In this document: in pieces, positions 9,617 through 18,417 of the stretch
How the letters are laid out: every line of letters starts with the position of its first letter
How positions within the stretch are numbered: position 1 is the stretch's first letter
Origin: an uncultured bacterium
Lineage (GTDB): Bacteria; Actinomycetota; Acidimicrobiia; Spongiisociales; UBA5794
Assembly: GCA_963801165.1 (NCBI GenBank)
Contig: CAWDDT010000006.1
Location: forward strand, 160,001 to 224,000
DNA: 64,000 nucleotides
Reading direction: 5' to 3'
Made by a program: the position numbers and the translations under genes
The notes under the pieces: model-generated
What the model was told of the DNA's origin: nothing
The model's input: only the letters and a program-made list of their open reading frames with translations
The model's database searches: none

Positions 9617-10375
9617 ATCGCCAACGAACCTAGGGTGAACGAGCGTATTCGGGCCAAGGAGGTTCGGCTCGTTGACAGCAATGGCGGTCAGGTCGGAATC
9701 AAGGCCATTGAAGAAGCCCGGTGGCTGGCCGACCAGCTCGGTCTCGATCTGGTCGAGGTTGCCCCGGATGCCCGACCCCCGGTGGTCCGTCTCATGGACT
9801 ACGGCAAGTTCAAGTATGAGGCTTCGGTAAAGGCACGCGAAGCCCGTAAGAACCAGAGCAAGACGGTAATCAAGGAAGTCCAGTTCCGACCCAAAATCGC
9901 TTCGTCCGACTTTGACGTGAAGCGGAAGCGGGTGGAGAAGTTCCTGCGAAGCGGCGACAAAGTGAAGGTCGTGATGCGCTTCCGGGGACGGGAGGTCACA
10001 CACCCCGAGTTGGGGCGCGACATCCTGCGGAGGCTCGAGGACGCCGTCGAGGACTTCGGGCTGGTTGAGGCGAACCCCAGGCTTGATGGCCGCCAGATGA
10101 CGATGGTGTTGGCGCCAATACGGAGACAGCGATCCGGTGATGGAGGGTCGCGGTCGCACCCAGCGGCGGAGACGGACGACACCGAAATGACCGATGTGAC
10201 CGACTACACCGATGTGGCGGATGTCACCGATATCGCCGAAGTGGCGGATGTCACCGAAGTGGACGATGTCACTGACGTCACCGATGTGGACGATGTCACC
10301 GATGTGGACGATGTCACCGATGTGGACGATGTCGCCGATGTGGACGATGGCGAAACCGAGCCCGAAGAGGAGTAG
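9617..10375 (+). CDS. infC: Translation initiation factor IF-3 with acidic C-terminal repeat tail; probable ATC start
   Basis: NERIRAKEVRLVD, LDLVEVAP, MDYGKFKYE, GDKVKV-FRGRE; AGGAGGT at 9604-9610 lies 6 nt before in-frame ATC 9617. Confidence 0.93.
   Translation: MANEPRVNERIRAKEVRLVDSNGGQVGIKAIEEARWLADQLGLDLVEVAPDARPPVVRLMDYGKFKYEASVKAREARKNQSKTVIKEVQFRPKIASSDFDVKRKRVEKFLRSGDKVKVVMRFRGREVTHPELGRDILRRLEDAVEDFGLVEANPRLDGRQMTMVLAPIRRQRSGDGGSRSHPAAETDDTEMTDVTDYTDVADVTDIAEVADVTEVDDVTDVTDVDDVTDVDDVTDVDDVADVDDGETEPEEE
10175..10350 (+). repeat. 9/18-bp in-frame tandem repeat encoding (V-T-D-V-D-D)n
   Basis: GTCACCGATGTGGACGAT three times exactly (10277-10330), plus degenerate flanking copies. Confidence 0.9.
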
Positions 10376-10381
10376 GAACAA

Positions 10382-10576
10382 GTGCCCAAGCAGAAAACTC
10401 ACAGAGGCGCCGCCAAGCGCTACAAAGTGACCGGTACCGGCAAGATCCGGCACCAGAAGGCCTGGCGCGGGCACAACCGACACACCAAGTCGGCGACCCG
10501 GTGGCGCCGTCTTGATGGTGAGGACACGTTGACCGGCAAGGACGCCAAGCGCGCCGCCCGGCTTCTCGGTCGCTAG
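10382..10576 (+). CDS. rpmI: 50S ribosomal protein L35
   Basis: [21 protein letters not shown]. Confidence 0.95.
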   Translation: MPKQKTHRGAAKRYKVTGTGKIRHQKAWRGHNRHTKSATRWRRLDGEDTLTGKDAKRAARLLGR

Positions 10577-10590
10577 GAGGTCACCAGACA

Positions 10591-10947
10591 ATGGCAAGAG
10601 TGAAACGCGCGGTGAACGCGCACAAGAAGCGCCGCAAACTCATGGATAAGGCCTCGGGCTACACGGGGGCACGGAGCCGCCGTTATCGCACCGCGCGAGA
10701 GCAGACCCTGAACTCGGGGCAATATGCCTACCGTGATCGTAGGGCGCGCAAGGGTGAGTTCCGCCGGCTGTGGATTCAGCGGATCAACGCCGCCGCCAGA
10801 CAGAACGGCACTACCTACTCGCAGTTGATCGCCGGATTGAAGGCCGCCGAGGTCGAGGTGGATCGCAAGATGCTCGCCGACATGGCGGTCAACGATCCCG
10901 AATCATTCACCCAGCTGGTAGAACTGTCCCAGGCCGTGAACGCGTAG
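10591..10947 (+). CDS. rplT: 50S ribosomal protein L20
   Basis: MARVKRAV...YAYRDRR...[14 protein letters not shown]. Confidence 0.97.
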   Translation: MARVKRAVNAHKKRRKLMDKASGYTGARSRRYRTAREQTLNSGQYAYRDRRARKGEFRRLWIQRINAAARQNGTTYSQLIAGLKAAEVEVDRKMLADMAVNDPESFTQLVELSQAVNA

Positions 10948-10970
10948 AGACTCTCCCGGGGGAAGCGAAC

Positions 10971-11720
10971 ATGATCACATCGGTGCGCAATAGCCGTGTC
11001 GCTGAAGCGCGCAAGCTCAATCGGCGGCGTGAGAGAAGGGCCACCGGGAAGACAACAATCGATGGCCCCTTGCTATTGCGGGAGGCCATCGCGGCCGACA
11101 TTGCGATCAGCGAGGTGTTCGCACTGGCCGACGACGAGGAAACGGTCGGTTTGGCGGAATCGGCGGGCGTCGAATTGCTCGCGGTCACACCGGATGTCTT
11201 GCGGTCTCTGGCATCGAGTGTCAACCCGCGCGGGCCGGTGGCCGTCATCGCGATACCGCCGCCGCGGGCCATTACGGCAACCGACGCCGTGTTGTTGTGG
11301 GAGGTCCGGGACCCGGGGAACGCCGGCACGATCATCCGGTCCGCAGCCTCGTTCGGATTCCAGGTCCTCGCCAGCCGAGACACCGTCGATTTGTGGTCGC
11401 CGAAGGTGGTCCGGGCGGGCGTCGGTGGTCATTTTCGCACGCCTTTGATCGAGGACGTCACGGGCATCGAGGAACTCGACAGAGTCGGTCTGGTACCGCT
11501 GGCCATGACCACCCGCGGCGTTGCCATTGGAAAGGTCGACATTTCCGACCCGACGCCCGTTGCCTTTGTTCTCGGAAACGAGGCTCATGGATTGCCCGCC
11601 GAGATCAGTGATCGTGTGACCAACGTCACGTTGCCGATGCCAGGTGGTACCGAGAGCCTGAACGCTGGAGTGGCCGCAAGCATTGCCATGTACTTGCGCA
11701 TGTCGCGCCGGCCCCAGTAG
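10971..11720 (+). CDS. TrmH/SpoU family RNA 2'-O-methyltransferase
   Basis: DPGNAGTIIRSA, GNEAHGL, ESLNAGVAAS; usual position between rplT and pheS. Confidence 0.9.
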   Translation: MITSVRNSRVAEARKLNRRRERRATGKTTIDGPLLLREAIAADIAISEVFALADDEETVGLAESAGVELLAVTPDVLRSLASSVNPRGPVAVIAIPPPRAITATDAVLLWEVRDPGNAGTIIRSAASFGFQVLASRDTVDLWSPKVVRAGVGGHFRTPLIEDVTGIEELDRVGLVPLAMTTRGVAIGKVDISDPTPVAFVLGNEAHGLPAEISDRVTNVTLPMPGGTESLNAGVAASIAMYLRMSRRPQ

Positions 11721-11846
11721 CGGGTGAGACTAGGCCCCAGCAGCAGCGGGGTAACAAGGCCCCAGCAGCGAGTAGCAAATAGGGGCCCGAGCCTCTGGCT
11801 GCGGATGCAGACGAACGCTATCGCCGTTCCCGGGTTTCGCTCATCC

Positions 11847-11875
11847 TTGCATTGTTCCCGGCCAGCCGATACCGT
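11847..11875 (+). promoter_or_regulatory. Candidate promoter for the pheST leader
   Basis: TTGCAT (11847-11852), 17-bp spacer, TACCGT (11870-11875). Confidence 0.5.
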
Positions 11876-11883
11876 TGGCGTTG

Positions 11884-11952
11884 GTGACATCCATCGCACG
11901 ACGTCGTTTCGCCTTTACCGGGCCCGGGGCCCGGGCAAGAGGCGCGTCGTGA
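11884..11952 (+). CDS. Putative pheST leader peptide MTSIARRRFAFTGPGARARGAS (22 aa)
   Basis: GTG...TGA small ORF with Phe codons TTC (11908) and TTT (11914), overlapping the antiterminator strand. Confidence 0.6.
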   Translation: MTSIARRRFAFTGPGARARGAS

Positions 11953-11978
11953 CCTGACCATCAGTATCGACCTGCATT

Positions 11979-12008
11979 GCCCGGGCCAGCCCCCGGGCTT
12001 TTCTTTTG
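11979..12008 (+). terminator. Intrinsic terminator (attenuator) upstream of pheS
   Basis: GCCCGGG-ccagcc-CCCGGGC followed by TTTTCTTTTG. Confidence 0.75.
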
Positions 12009-12039
12009 TCCGAGCAGCAACGAAGCAGGACCCACACCC

Positions 12040-13116
12040 ATGACGAGTAATCTGACCGACCCTATGGACTTGAAGAGATCACTGGAAGAGCTCGAGCACA
12101 CAACTTTGAGCGCACTGGCCGCGGCCGGGACGATGGACGCCCTAGCCGGGGTCGAGGCCGCCGCCGTCGGCCGGGAGTCGCCGATCGCCGCTGCTCGGCG
12201 CAATCTGGGGAAGATGCAACCAGAGGAGCGCCGCGATGCGGGTCGCCTCATCAACGAGGTCGCCAAGAAGCTCGAAGCTGCGATCGAAGAACGACGCGAT
12301 GCGCTCGTTGCCGAGGAGCGCCGCAAAGCCATCGCCGCCGAGGCGATCGACGTCACCATCGACTACATGTCGCTTCCCAAGGGACGGCTCCACGTTGTCC
12401 AACAAGTGATCGACGAGGTCTGCGACATCTTCGTCGGTCTTGGCTATCACATCGCGGAAGGCCCTGAGGCCGAGCTCGCCTGGTACAACTTCGACGCCCT
12501 GAACACGCCACCGGATCATCCGGGAAGGTTGGAATCGGACACTATGTATCTCGACTACGGCGAGCCCGAGGATGAGATGCTGATGCGTGCCCACACGTCG
12601 CCGATCCAGGCACGACACATGGAGCGCCACCAGCCGCCGGTGTACATCGTTGCCCCGGGGCGCGCCTACCGCAATGACACCATCGATGCTTCGCATCTAC
12701 CGGTGTTCCATCAGATCGAAGGGCTCGCGGTGGACGAGTCCATCACGTTCTCCGATCTCAAAGGCACGCTCGCTGAGTTCGCCCGACAGTTCTTCGGCCC
12801 GACGACGCTGGTACGGATGCGGCCCCACTACTTCCCCTTCACGGAGCCTTCGGCAGAGCTGGACGTGTCGTGCTTCAACTGTGACGGCGGGGAGGCTTCG
12901 TGCCGAGTGTGCAAAGGCGTCGGCTGGCTCGAGATGCTCGGTTGCGGGATGGTTGATCCCAACGTGTTCACGGCGGTCGGCTACGACCCCGACAAGGTGA
13001 GCGGTTTTGCGTTCGGTATTGGAGTCGAGCGGCTGGCCATGGTCCGGCACGACATCGATTCCATCAGACACTTCGTGGACAACGACGTCCGCTTCCTCAA
13101 CCAATTCCCCGGATAG
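12040..13116 (+). CDS. pheS: Phenylalanyl-tRNA synthetase alpha subunit
   Basis: NFDALN, RAHTSPIQ, HLPVFHQIEG, YFPFTEPSAE, GFAFGIGVERL; start ATG 12040 or 12064. Confidence 0.97.
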   Translation: MTSNLTDPMDLKRSLEELEHTTLSALAAAGTMDALAGVEAAAVGRESPIAAARRNLGKMQPEERRDAGRLINEVAKKLEAAIEERRDALVAEERRKAIAAEAIDVTIDYMSLPKGRLHVVQQVIDEVCDIFVGLGYHIAEGPEAELAWYNFDALNTPPDHPGRLESDTMYLDYGEPEDEMLMRAHTSPIQARHMERHQPPVYIVAPGRAYRNDTIDASHLPVFHQIEGLAVDESITFSDLKGTLAEFARQFFGPTTLVRMRPHYFPFTEPSAELDVSCFNCDGGEASCRVCKGVGWLEMLGCGMVDPNVFTAVGYDPDKVSGFAFGIGVERLAMVRHDIDSIRHFVDNDVRFLNQFPG

Positions 13117-13119
13117 AAA

Positions 13120-15510
13120 ATGCGAGTATCACTGAACTGGCTAAAAGAATACGTAGACCTCCCCACCGAGGATCCGGAACGGCTGGCGCGGGCGTTCGAC
13201 ATGCTCGGGCACGCCGTGGAGTCGATCGAGGAATACACCGTTGGGTGGACGGACGTACTCATCGGCAAGGTGCTGAGAATCGAGAGCCACCCCAACGCCG
13301 ACACGGTTCGCGTCACCCACGTAGATCTCGGTGATGGCCAGGAGCACCAGATAATCTGTGGCGCCTGGAACTTCGAGGCGGGCGCCGTGGTGCCCGTGGC
13401 CGTGCCGGGAGCGGTGCTCCCGGGCGATTTTGCAATCGGGACGAGGACCATCCGCGGAGTGGAGTCACACGGGATGATCTGCTCGGAGCGCGAGCTCGGG
13501 TTGGGAGATCTCCACGAGGGAATCATGGTCCTCGATCCGGGCGCCCCGATCGGCGAGCCCTTCGCATCGATCCTCGAGTTGCCCGACGTCGTGTTCGACC
13601 TGGAGATCACAAACAACCGCCCGGACGTGATGGGGATGGTCGGCGTCGCCCGTGAGCTGGCGGCATGGTTCAGCACTGACTACCGGTATCCCGACGTGGA
13701 CCTGGATACCGTCCCCGGTGAACCGCGGCTCGATATCGCCATCACGGCCACCGACGGCTGCAACAGGTTCGTCGCCAGGGAGATGCGCGACGTCGCGCTC
13801 GCACCCTCACCCCTGTGGATGAGGGAACGGCTGCGCAAGGCCGGGGTCCGGGCCATCTCCAACATCGTCGACGTTTCCAACTACGTGATGTTGGAGCTGG
13901 GTCACCCGCTCCACACGTTCGACGCCGACTCCATTGTTGGTGATCGTCTCGAAGTCCGCTGGGCGCACCCGGGTGAGACCCTCGAGACCCTGGACGGCGT
14001 TGCCCGCAGCCTGGACGGTCGGGACCTCGTCATTGTCGATGATGACGGCCCGACGTCGCTGGCCGCGGTGATGGGCGGGGCCCGGTCGGAAGTCGTTGCG
14101 ACGACCGATCGGGTCATCATGGAAGCGGCTTCGTGGGACCCCGCGACCGTCATGTACACGTCGCGGCGTCACGACCTGCGCTCCGAGGCTTCGGCCCGCT
14201 TCGAGCGTGGCGTCGATCCCAACCTGGCGCCGGATGCCAACGCCAGGGCGTGCCGGGTACTCCGGGAGATCTCGGGAGGCTCGATCCTCGAAACCGTCAT
14301 CGACGTCAACCCGAACCCGCGGGATCCGTGGACTGTGCAGGTCGCCAAACGGAACGTGACCCGTATCCTCGGCGACGAGTTCGACCTCGAAAGGTCGGCA
14401 TCGCTGCTGCGCCGCCTGGGTCTCGAAGTCACGGAGGGGGAGACGTTGCTCGTGCGGATCCCCACCTACCGGCGCGACCTCACCAGGCCCGCTGATCTCG
14501 TTGAGGAGATAGCCCGGCTGGCGGACTACGACACGTTCCCGGCGACTCTGCCCAAAGGGCCCGCGGGGGGCCTCCTTCCGAACCAGCAGAGAACACGGCT
14601 CGCCCACAACATCCTCCGTGGCGTCGGCCTCGTTCAGGCCATCAACCTCCCGTTTGTGTCGGAAGTCGAGCTCGCCGTCTTCAGCGACGAGGCGTCCGGC
14701 GATGCGGTGCCGGACGTGGTCAGCGTGCGCAACCCGCTCCGGGACGATCAGTCACGGCTGCGCCAGAGTCTGCTCCCAGGGCTATTGCGCAACCTCCGGG
14801 AGAACCGGAATCGCGGCCTCGATGGCGTCGCGCTGTTCGAGACCGGCCGTGTGTTCTATGCCCGACCCTGGGAAGACGATGCGAGGGTCCCGGAGCAACC
14901 CGTGCGTCTGGCAGCCGCGCTGAGCGGGCCCCTGGGGCGGACGAGCCTGGGGCAGCGGGGAGAGCTCACAGATGCGGCAACGGCTCTGGCCGTGGTCGAT
15001 TTGCTCGGCGATGGACTCGGGGTCGAGATCACGCGCCGGCAGGCGCGACGGGCGGGCTTCCATCCCACCCGTACGGCCGAGCTCTCGATGGACGGTCGCA
15101 CGATCGGCTATGCGGGCGAGTTGCACCCGGATGTCGCCGAGCAGTTCGAGCTGAACGGGCGCGTCGCAGTTCTGGAGCTAGATCTGGCTCCCGTGGTTGC
15201 GCCCCGCCCCAGCATGCAGATGCAGCCCGTGTCGACCTATCCCCATGTCGAGTTCGACCTGTCTTTCGAGGTTGCCCTCGACGCGCCCGCGGCCAGCCTG
15301 GTCGCGGCGACGACGGAGACCTCCGACCTTGTCGAAACCGCAGCGATCTTTGACGACTACCGCAACGAGCGAGGGGACAGAGCCGTGGCGATCAGCTACC
15401 GCTTGCGAGCCAACGACCGCACTCTCGGCGCCGATGAGATTGCGGAGGTCAGGCAGAAGATGATCGAAGGTGCGGCAGCCCTGGGCGCCAAGCTGCGCGG
15501 CGGGGCGTGA
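13120..15510 (+). CDS. pheT: Phenylalanyl-tRNA synthetase beta subunit
   Basis: MRVSLNWLKEY, IICGAWN, GMICSERELG, ITNNRPD, RFERGVDP, DLVEEIARL. Confidence 0.97.
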   Translation: MRVSLNWLKEYVDLPTEDPERLARAFDMLGHAVESIEEYTVGWTDVLIGKVLRIESHPNADTVRVTHVDLGDGQEHQIICGAWNFEAGAVVPVAVPGAVLPGDFAIGTRTIRGVESHGMICSERELGLGDLHEGIMVLDPGAPIGEPFASILELPDVVFDLEITNNRPDVMGMVGVARELAAWFSTDYRYPDVDLDTVPGEPRLDIAITATDGCNRFVAREMRDVALAPSPLWMRERLRKAGVRAISNIVDVSNYVMLELGHPLHTFDADSIVGDRLEVRWAHPGETLETLDGVARSLDGRDLVIVDDDGPTSLAAVMGGARSEVVATTDRVIMEAASWDPATVMYTSRRHDLRSEASARFERGVDPNLAPDANARACRVLREISGGSILETVIDVNPNPRDPWTVQVAKRNVTRILGDEFDLERSASLLRRLGLEVTEGETLLVRIPTYRRDLTRPADLVEEIARLADYDTFPATLPKGPAGGLLPNQQRTRLAHNILRGVGLVQAINLPFVSEVELAVFSDEASGDAVPDVVSVRNPLRDDQSRLRQSLLPGLLRNLRENRNRGLDGVALFETGRVFYARPWEDDARVPEQPVRLAAALSGPLGRTSLGQRGELTDAATALAVVDLLGDGLGVEITRRQARRAGFHPTRTAELSMDGRTIGYAGELHPDVAEQFELNGRVAVLELDLAPVVAPRPSMQMQPVSTYPHVEFDLSFEVALDAPAASLVAATTETSDLVETAAIFDDYRNERGDRAVAISYRLRANDRTLGADEIAEVRQKMIEGAAALGAKLRGGA

Positions 15511-15524
15511 GAACTGGAGCAGGA

Positions 15525-16433
15525 ATGGCAGATTTCTTGATGGTTACCGATATCGGTGGGGAGGGCCTCACCGAGACGTTGCGGCTGGCGGCTGAATCAA
15601 AGAAGAACCTGAGCGAGTATGCCGGGAGGCTGTCCGGCCGGAAGGTCGGGTTGTTCTTCGAGAAACCGTCTACGAGGACACGGGTCTCGTGCGAGGTGGC
15701 CACGGTCGAGCTGGGGGCACACCCGGTGGTCCTCAAGGCGGACGAGGTCGGCCTCGGAAAGCGGGAGGCAGTCGAGGATGTCGCCCGGACATTGGATCGG
15801 TATCTCGACGTCCTCGCCTTTCGTGTGTTCGACCACGGCAACCTGGTCAAGATGGCGCCGCTCACGACGGCACCGATCGTGAACCTCCTGTCGGATCGCT
15901 CGCACCCATGCCAGGCGCTCGCAGATCTACAGACAATCGCCGAGCACCGCGCACTGGCGGGAGCCAAAGTGGCGTACATCGGGGACGGCAACAACGTCTG
16001 CCACAGTCTCATGCTGGCCGGGGCCATGACCGGGGTCGATGTCCGTGTAGCGGGCCCTGCCGGTTATCAGCCCGCAGCGGACGTCGTGTCGCAGGCGTCT
16101 GAGATAGCCGCTGGGACCGGCGGCAGAATCACGGTGACGACCGATGCGACGGCCGCTATCGCCGGGGCGGACGTCGTGTACACCGACGTATGGACATCCA
16201 TGGGTCAGGAGGCGGAAGCTGCGGAACGTCACGAGATGCTGATGCCGTTCCAGGTGACGCGCGAGCTGTTCGAGAGTGCGGCGGACGACGCCATCTTCAT
16301 GCATTGCCTGCCGGCGCACCGCGGCGAGGAGGCGACAGACGACGTGCTCGAGCACAAGCGGTCACGGATCTTCGACCAGGCCGAGAACCGAATGCATTCG
16401 TTCCGCGGGCTATTGCTCTATCTACAGGCTTGA
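15525..16433 (+). CDS. argF: Ornithine carbamoyltransferase
   Basis: FEKPSTRT, HPCQALAD, DVWTSMG, HCLPAHRGEE, DQAENR. Confidence 0.92.
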   Translation: MADFLMVTDIGGEGLTETLRLAAESKKNLSEYAGRLSGRKVGLFFEKPSTRTRVSCEVATVELGAHPVVLKADEVGLGKREAVEDVARTLDRYLDVLAFRVFDHGNLVKMAPLTTAPIVNLLSDRSHPCQALADLQTIAEHRALAGAKVAYIGDGNNVCHSLMLAGAMTGVDVRVAGPAGYQPAADVVSQASEIAAGTGGRITVTTDATAAIAGADVVYTDVWTSMGQEAEAAERHEMLMPFQVTRELFESAADDAIFMHCLPAHRGEEATDDVLEHKRSRIFDQAENRMHSFRGLLLYLQA

Positions 16434-16984
16434 GGAACACCCCGCTCGAGAGGTTGCTCGCAGGCGACGTCTTCGCGGTTGCCGAAGGTCTGATCGGGTG
16501 GACGCTGCGCTCGAACGTAGATGGCGCCACGACGGCGGTGACCATCACCGAGACCGAGGCATATGCGGGCAGCGACGATCCGGCGAGCCACGCCTATCGA
16601 GGGAGAACGAGACGCAACGCCTCCATGTTCGGGCGAGCGGGGCTCCTCTACGTCTACCGGTCGTACGGCATCCACTGGTGCATGAACGTTGTGGTTGGCG
16701 AGGCCGGGCTCGGCCATGCAGTGCTGCTGCGCGGTGGTGAGATCACCGAGGGCGTCGCTGTTGCCGTCGCCCGACGCGGGCGTCACGACCATCTCACGGA
16801 TGGGCCGGGCAAGCTCTGTCAGGCGCTCGGGGTGACCGGCAGTCACGATGGCAGCGATCTACGATCGGGGCCGCTCCTCCTCGAGCCCGGACCGGGAGTC
16901 GGGGGTCGACGCATCGAGACGACACCACGTATCGGGATATCGAAGGCCAGGGAACACCGCTGGCGCTTCGTCCTTGTGGGCTAA
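16430..16984 (+). CDS. mpg: 3-methyladenine DNA glycosylase (MPG/Aag family)
   Basis: ETEAY, YVYRSYGIHWCMN, GPGKLCQAL, PRIGIS; TTG start overlaps the argF stop. Confidence 0.9.
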   Translation: MRNTPLERLLAGDVFAVAEGLIGWTLRSNVDGATTAVTITETEAYAGSDDPASHAYRGRTRRNASMFGRAGLLYVYRSYGIHWCMNVVVGEAGLGHAVLLRGGEITEGVAVAVARRGRHDHLTDGPGKLCQALGVTGSHDGSDLRSGPLLLEPGPGVGGRRIETTPRIGISKAREHRWRFVLVG

Positions 16985-16996
16985 CCTCCCCAGACG

Positions 16997-18190
16997 ATGA
17001 CCCCTGAAGAACAACTGGCATACCTGACCGCCGGCGTCGATACCGTCCTTCCCGAAGGCGAGCTGCTGCAGAGACTGCAGCTGGGTCGCCCGCTCCGGGC
17101 CAAGCTCGGAGTGGACCCCACGGCACCAGACGTAACGCTGGGGTGGGCGGTTGTTTTCGAGCGTCTCCGTCGGTTCCAGGAGTGTGGCCACACCGCAGTC
17201 CTGATCATCGGCGATTTCACCGCACAGGTGGGCGATCCGAGCGGCAAGAGCGAGACGCGACGCCGTCTCGGAGCCGGCGAGGTCGGGGGGTACGTGTCGG
17301 GGGTGATCGAAACGATCAGGGAGCTACTGCTTCCCGACAACCTCGAGATCCGACACAATTCGGAATGGCTGGGCGAGATGGACATGCACGACGTCCTCGA
17401 CCTCACGTCGCAGTTCACGGTGTCCCGCATCATGGACCGTGATGACTTCTCAAAGCGCTGGGATGCCCACGACGCGATCTCGATGATCGAATTCATGTAC
17501 CCGCTGCTGCAAGGCATGGACTCCGTCGCCGTTCACGCTGACATCGAGCTAGGAGGTAGCGACCAGCTCTTCAACAACCTGGTGGGACGAGACCTGCAGG
17601 AGCGGAAGGGCCAGGTCGGGCAGATGGTGATGACCGTGCCATTGCTAGTCGGGACCGACGGGGTGAAGAAGATGTCACAGTCGCTCGGCAACTACATCTC
17701 GGTCAAGGACGAGCCTGCAGAGATGTTCGGCAAGACGATGAGCATCCCTGATGAGGCGATGGGGCAGTGGTTCGAATTGGCTGCATACCGTCCGGCCGCC
17801 GAAGTCGTGGAGATCATGGAGGAGTTACGCACCGGTCGCCGCCACCCGGGAGAGACGAAGCGCGAGCTGGCCCGGTCGATCGTCGGCCGCTACTGGGGCA
17901 AGGAGGCAGCCGATGAGGCGGAGGGCGCATTCGACCTGCTCTTCAAACAGCACAGTGTGCCGGCCCAAGTGCCCGAGCATCCGGTCGGCAACGACGATCC
18001 GGTATGGCTTCCGGGGCTGCTCAACGCTGCCGGGCTGGTGTCCTCAAACGGAGAGGGACGGCGCATGCTCAAACAACTCGCCGTCCGAATCGACGGCAAC
18101 CCGGTCGCCGAGGAGAGCGTGGCGCGAGCGACGCTGGTCGGGGCGGTTCTTCAGGTGGGGAAGCGCCGGTTCGTGAGGTTGGTCGGATGA
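16997..18190 (+). CDS. tyrS: Tyrosyl-tRNA synthetase
   Basis: GVDPTAP, GDFTAQVGDPSG, YPLLQGMD, GGSDQ, KMSQS, C-terminal S4 domain QVGKRRF. Confidence 0.95.
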   Translation: MTPEEQLAYLTAGVDTVLPEGELLQRLQLGRPLRAKLGVDPTAPDVTLGWAVVFERLRRFQECGHTAVLIIGDFTAQVGDPSGKSETRRRLGAGEVGGYVSGVIETIRELLLPDNLEIRHNSEWLGEMDMHDVLDLTSQFTVSRIMDRDDFSKRWDAHDAISMIEFMYPLLQGMDSVAVHADIELGGSDQLFNNLVGRDLQERKGQVGQMVMTVPLLVGTDGVKKMSQSLGNYISVKDEPAEMFGKTMSIPDEAMGQWFELAAYRPAAEVVEIMEELRTGRRHPGETKRELARSIVGRYWGKEAADEAEGAFDLLFKQHSVPAQVPEHPVGNDDPVWLPGLLNAAGLVSSNGEGRRMLKQLAVRIDGNPVAEESVARATLVGAVLQVGKRRFVRLVG

Positions 18191-18363
18191 TGCAGCGGCT
18201 TCGTAACACCGTGGCCGACATGCTCGTTGGAGTGGTGGTCATCCTTATCGCGTTTTGGCTCTTGCGCGGGGTCTTCCGGATGGTGATATGGGCAGCCAGT
18301 CTGGTTCTCATCATTCTCGTGGTCGCTCTGGTGTTGCGGATAGCCGCCAAGATCCGGGGATGA
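18187..18363 (+). CDS. Small membrane protein (two hydrophobic segments)
   Basis: 58-aa hydrophobic ORF coupled to the tyrS stop (ATGA overlap). Confidence 0.65.
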   Translation: MMQRLRNTVADMLVGVVVILIAFWLLRGVFRMVIWAASLVLIILVVALVLRIAAKIRG

Positions 18364-18417
18364 CAGTGGCCCGCCCCCGGGTGGGAGCGGGCCACGGGTT
18401 GATTCAACTATCCGGGC

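Noticed and set aside
11720-12040. T-box riboswitch upstream of pheS; ORF-track ORF 11724-11957; pheS start at 11977
   Set aside because: No T-box consensus found; the leader-peptide attenuator explains the structure better; the 11977 start would run through the terminator.
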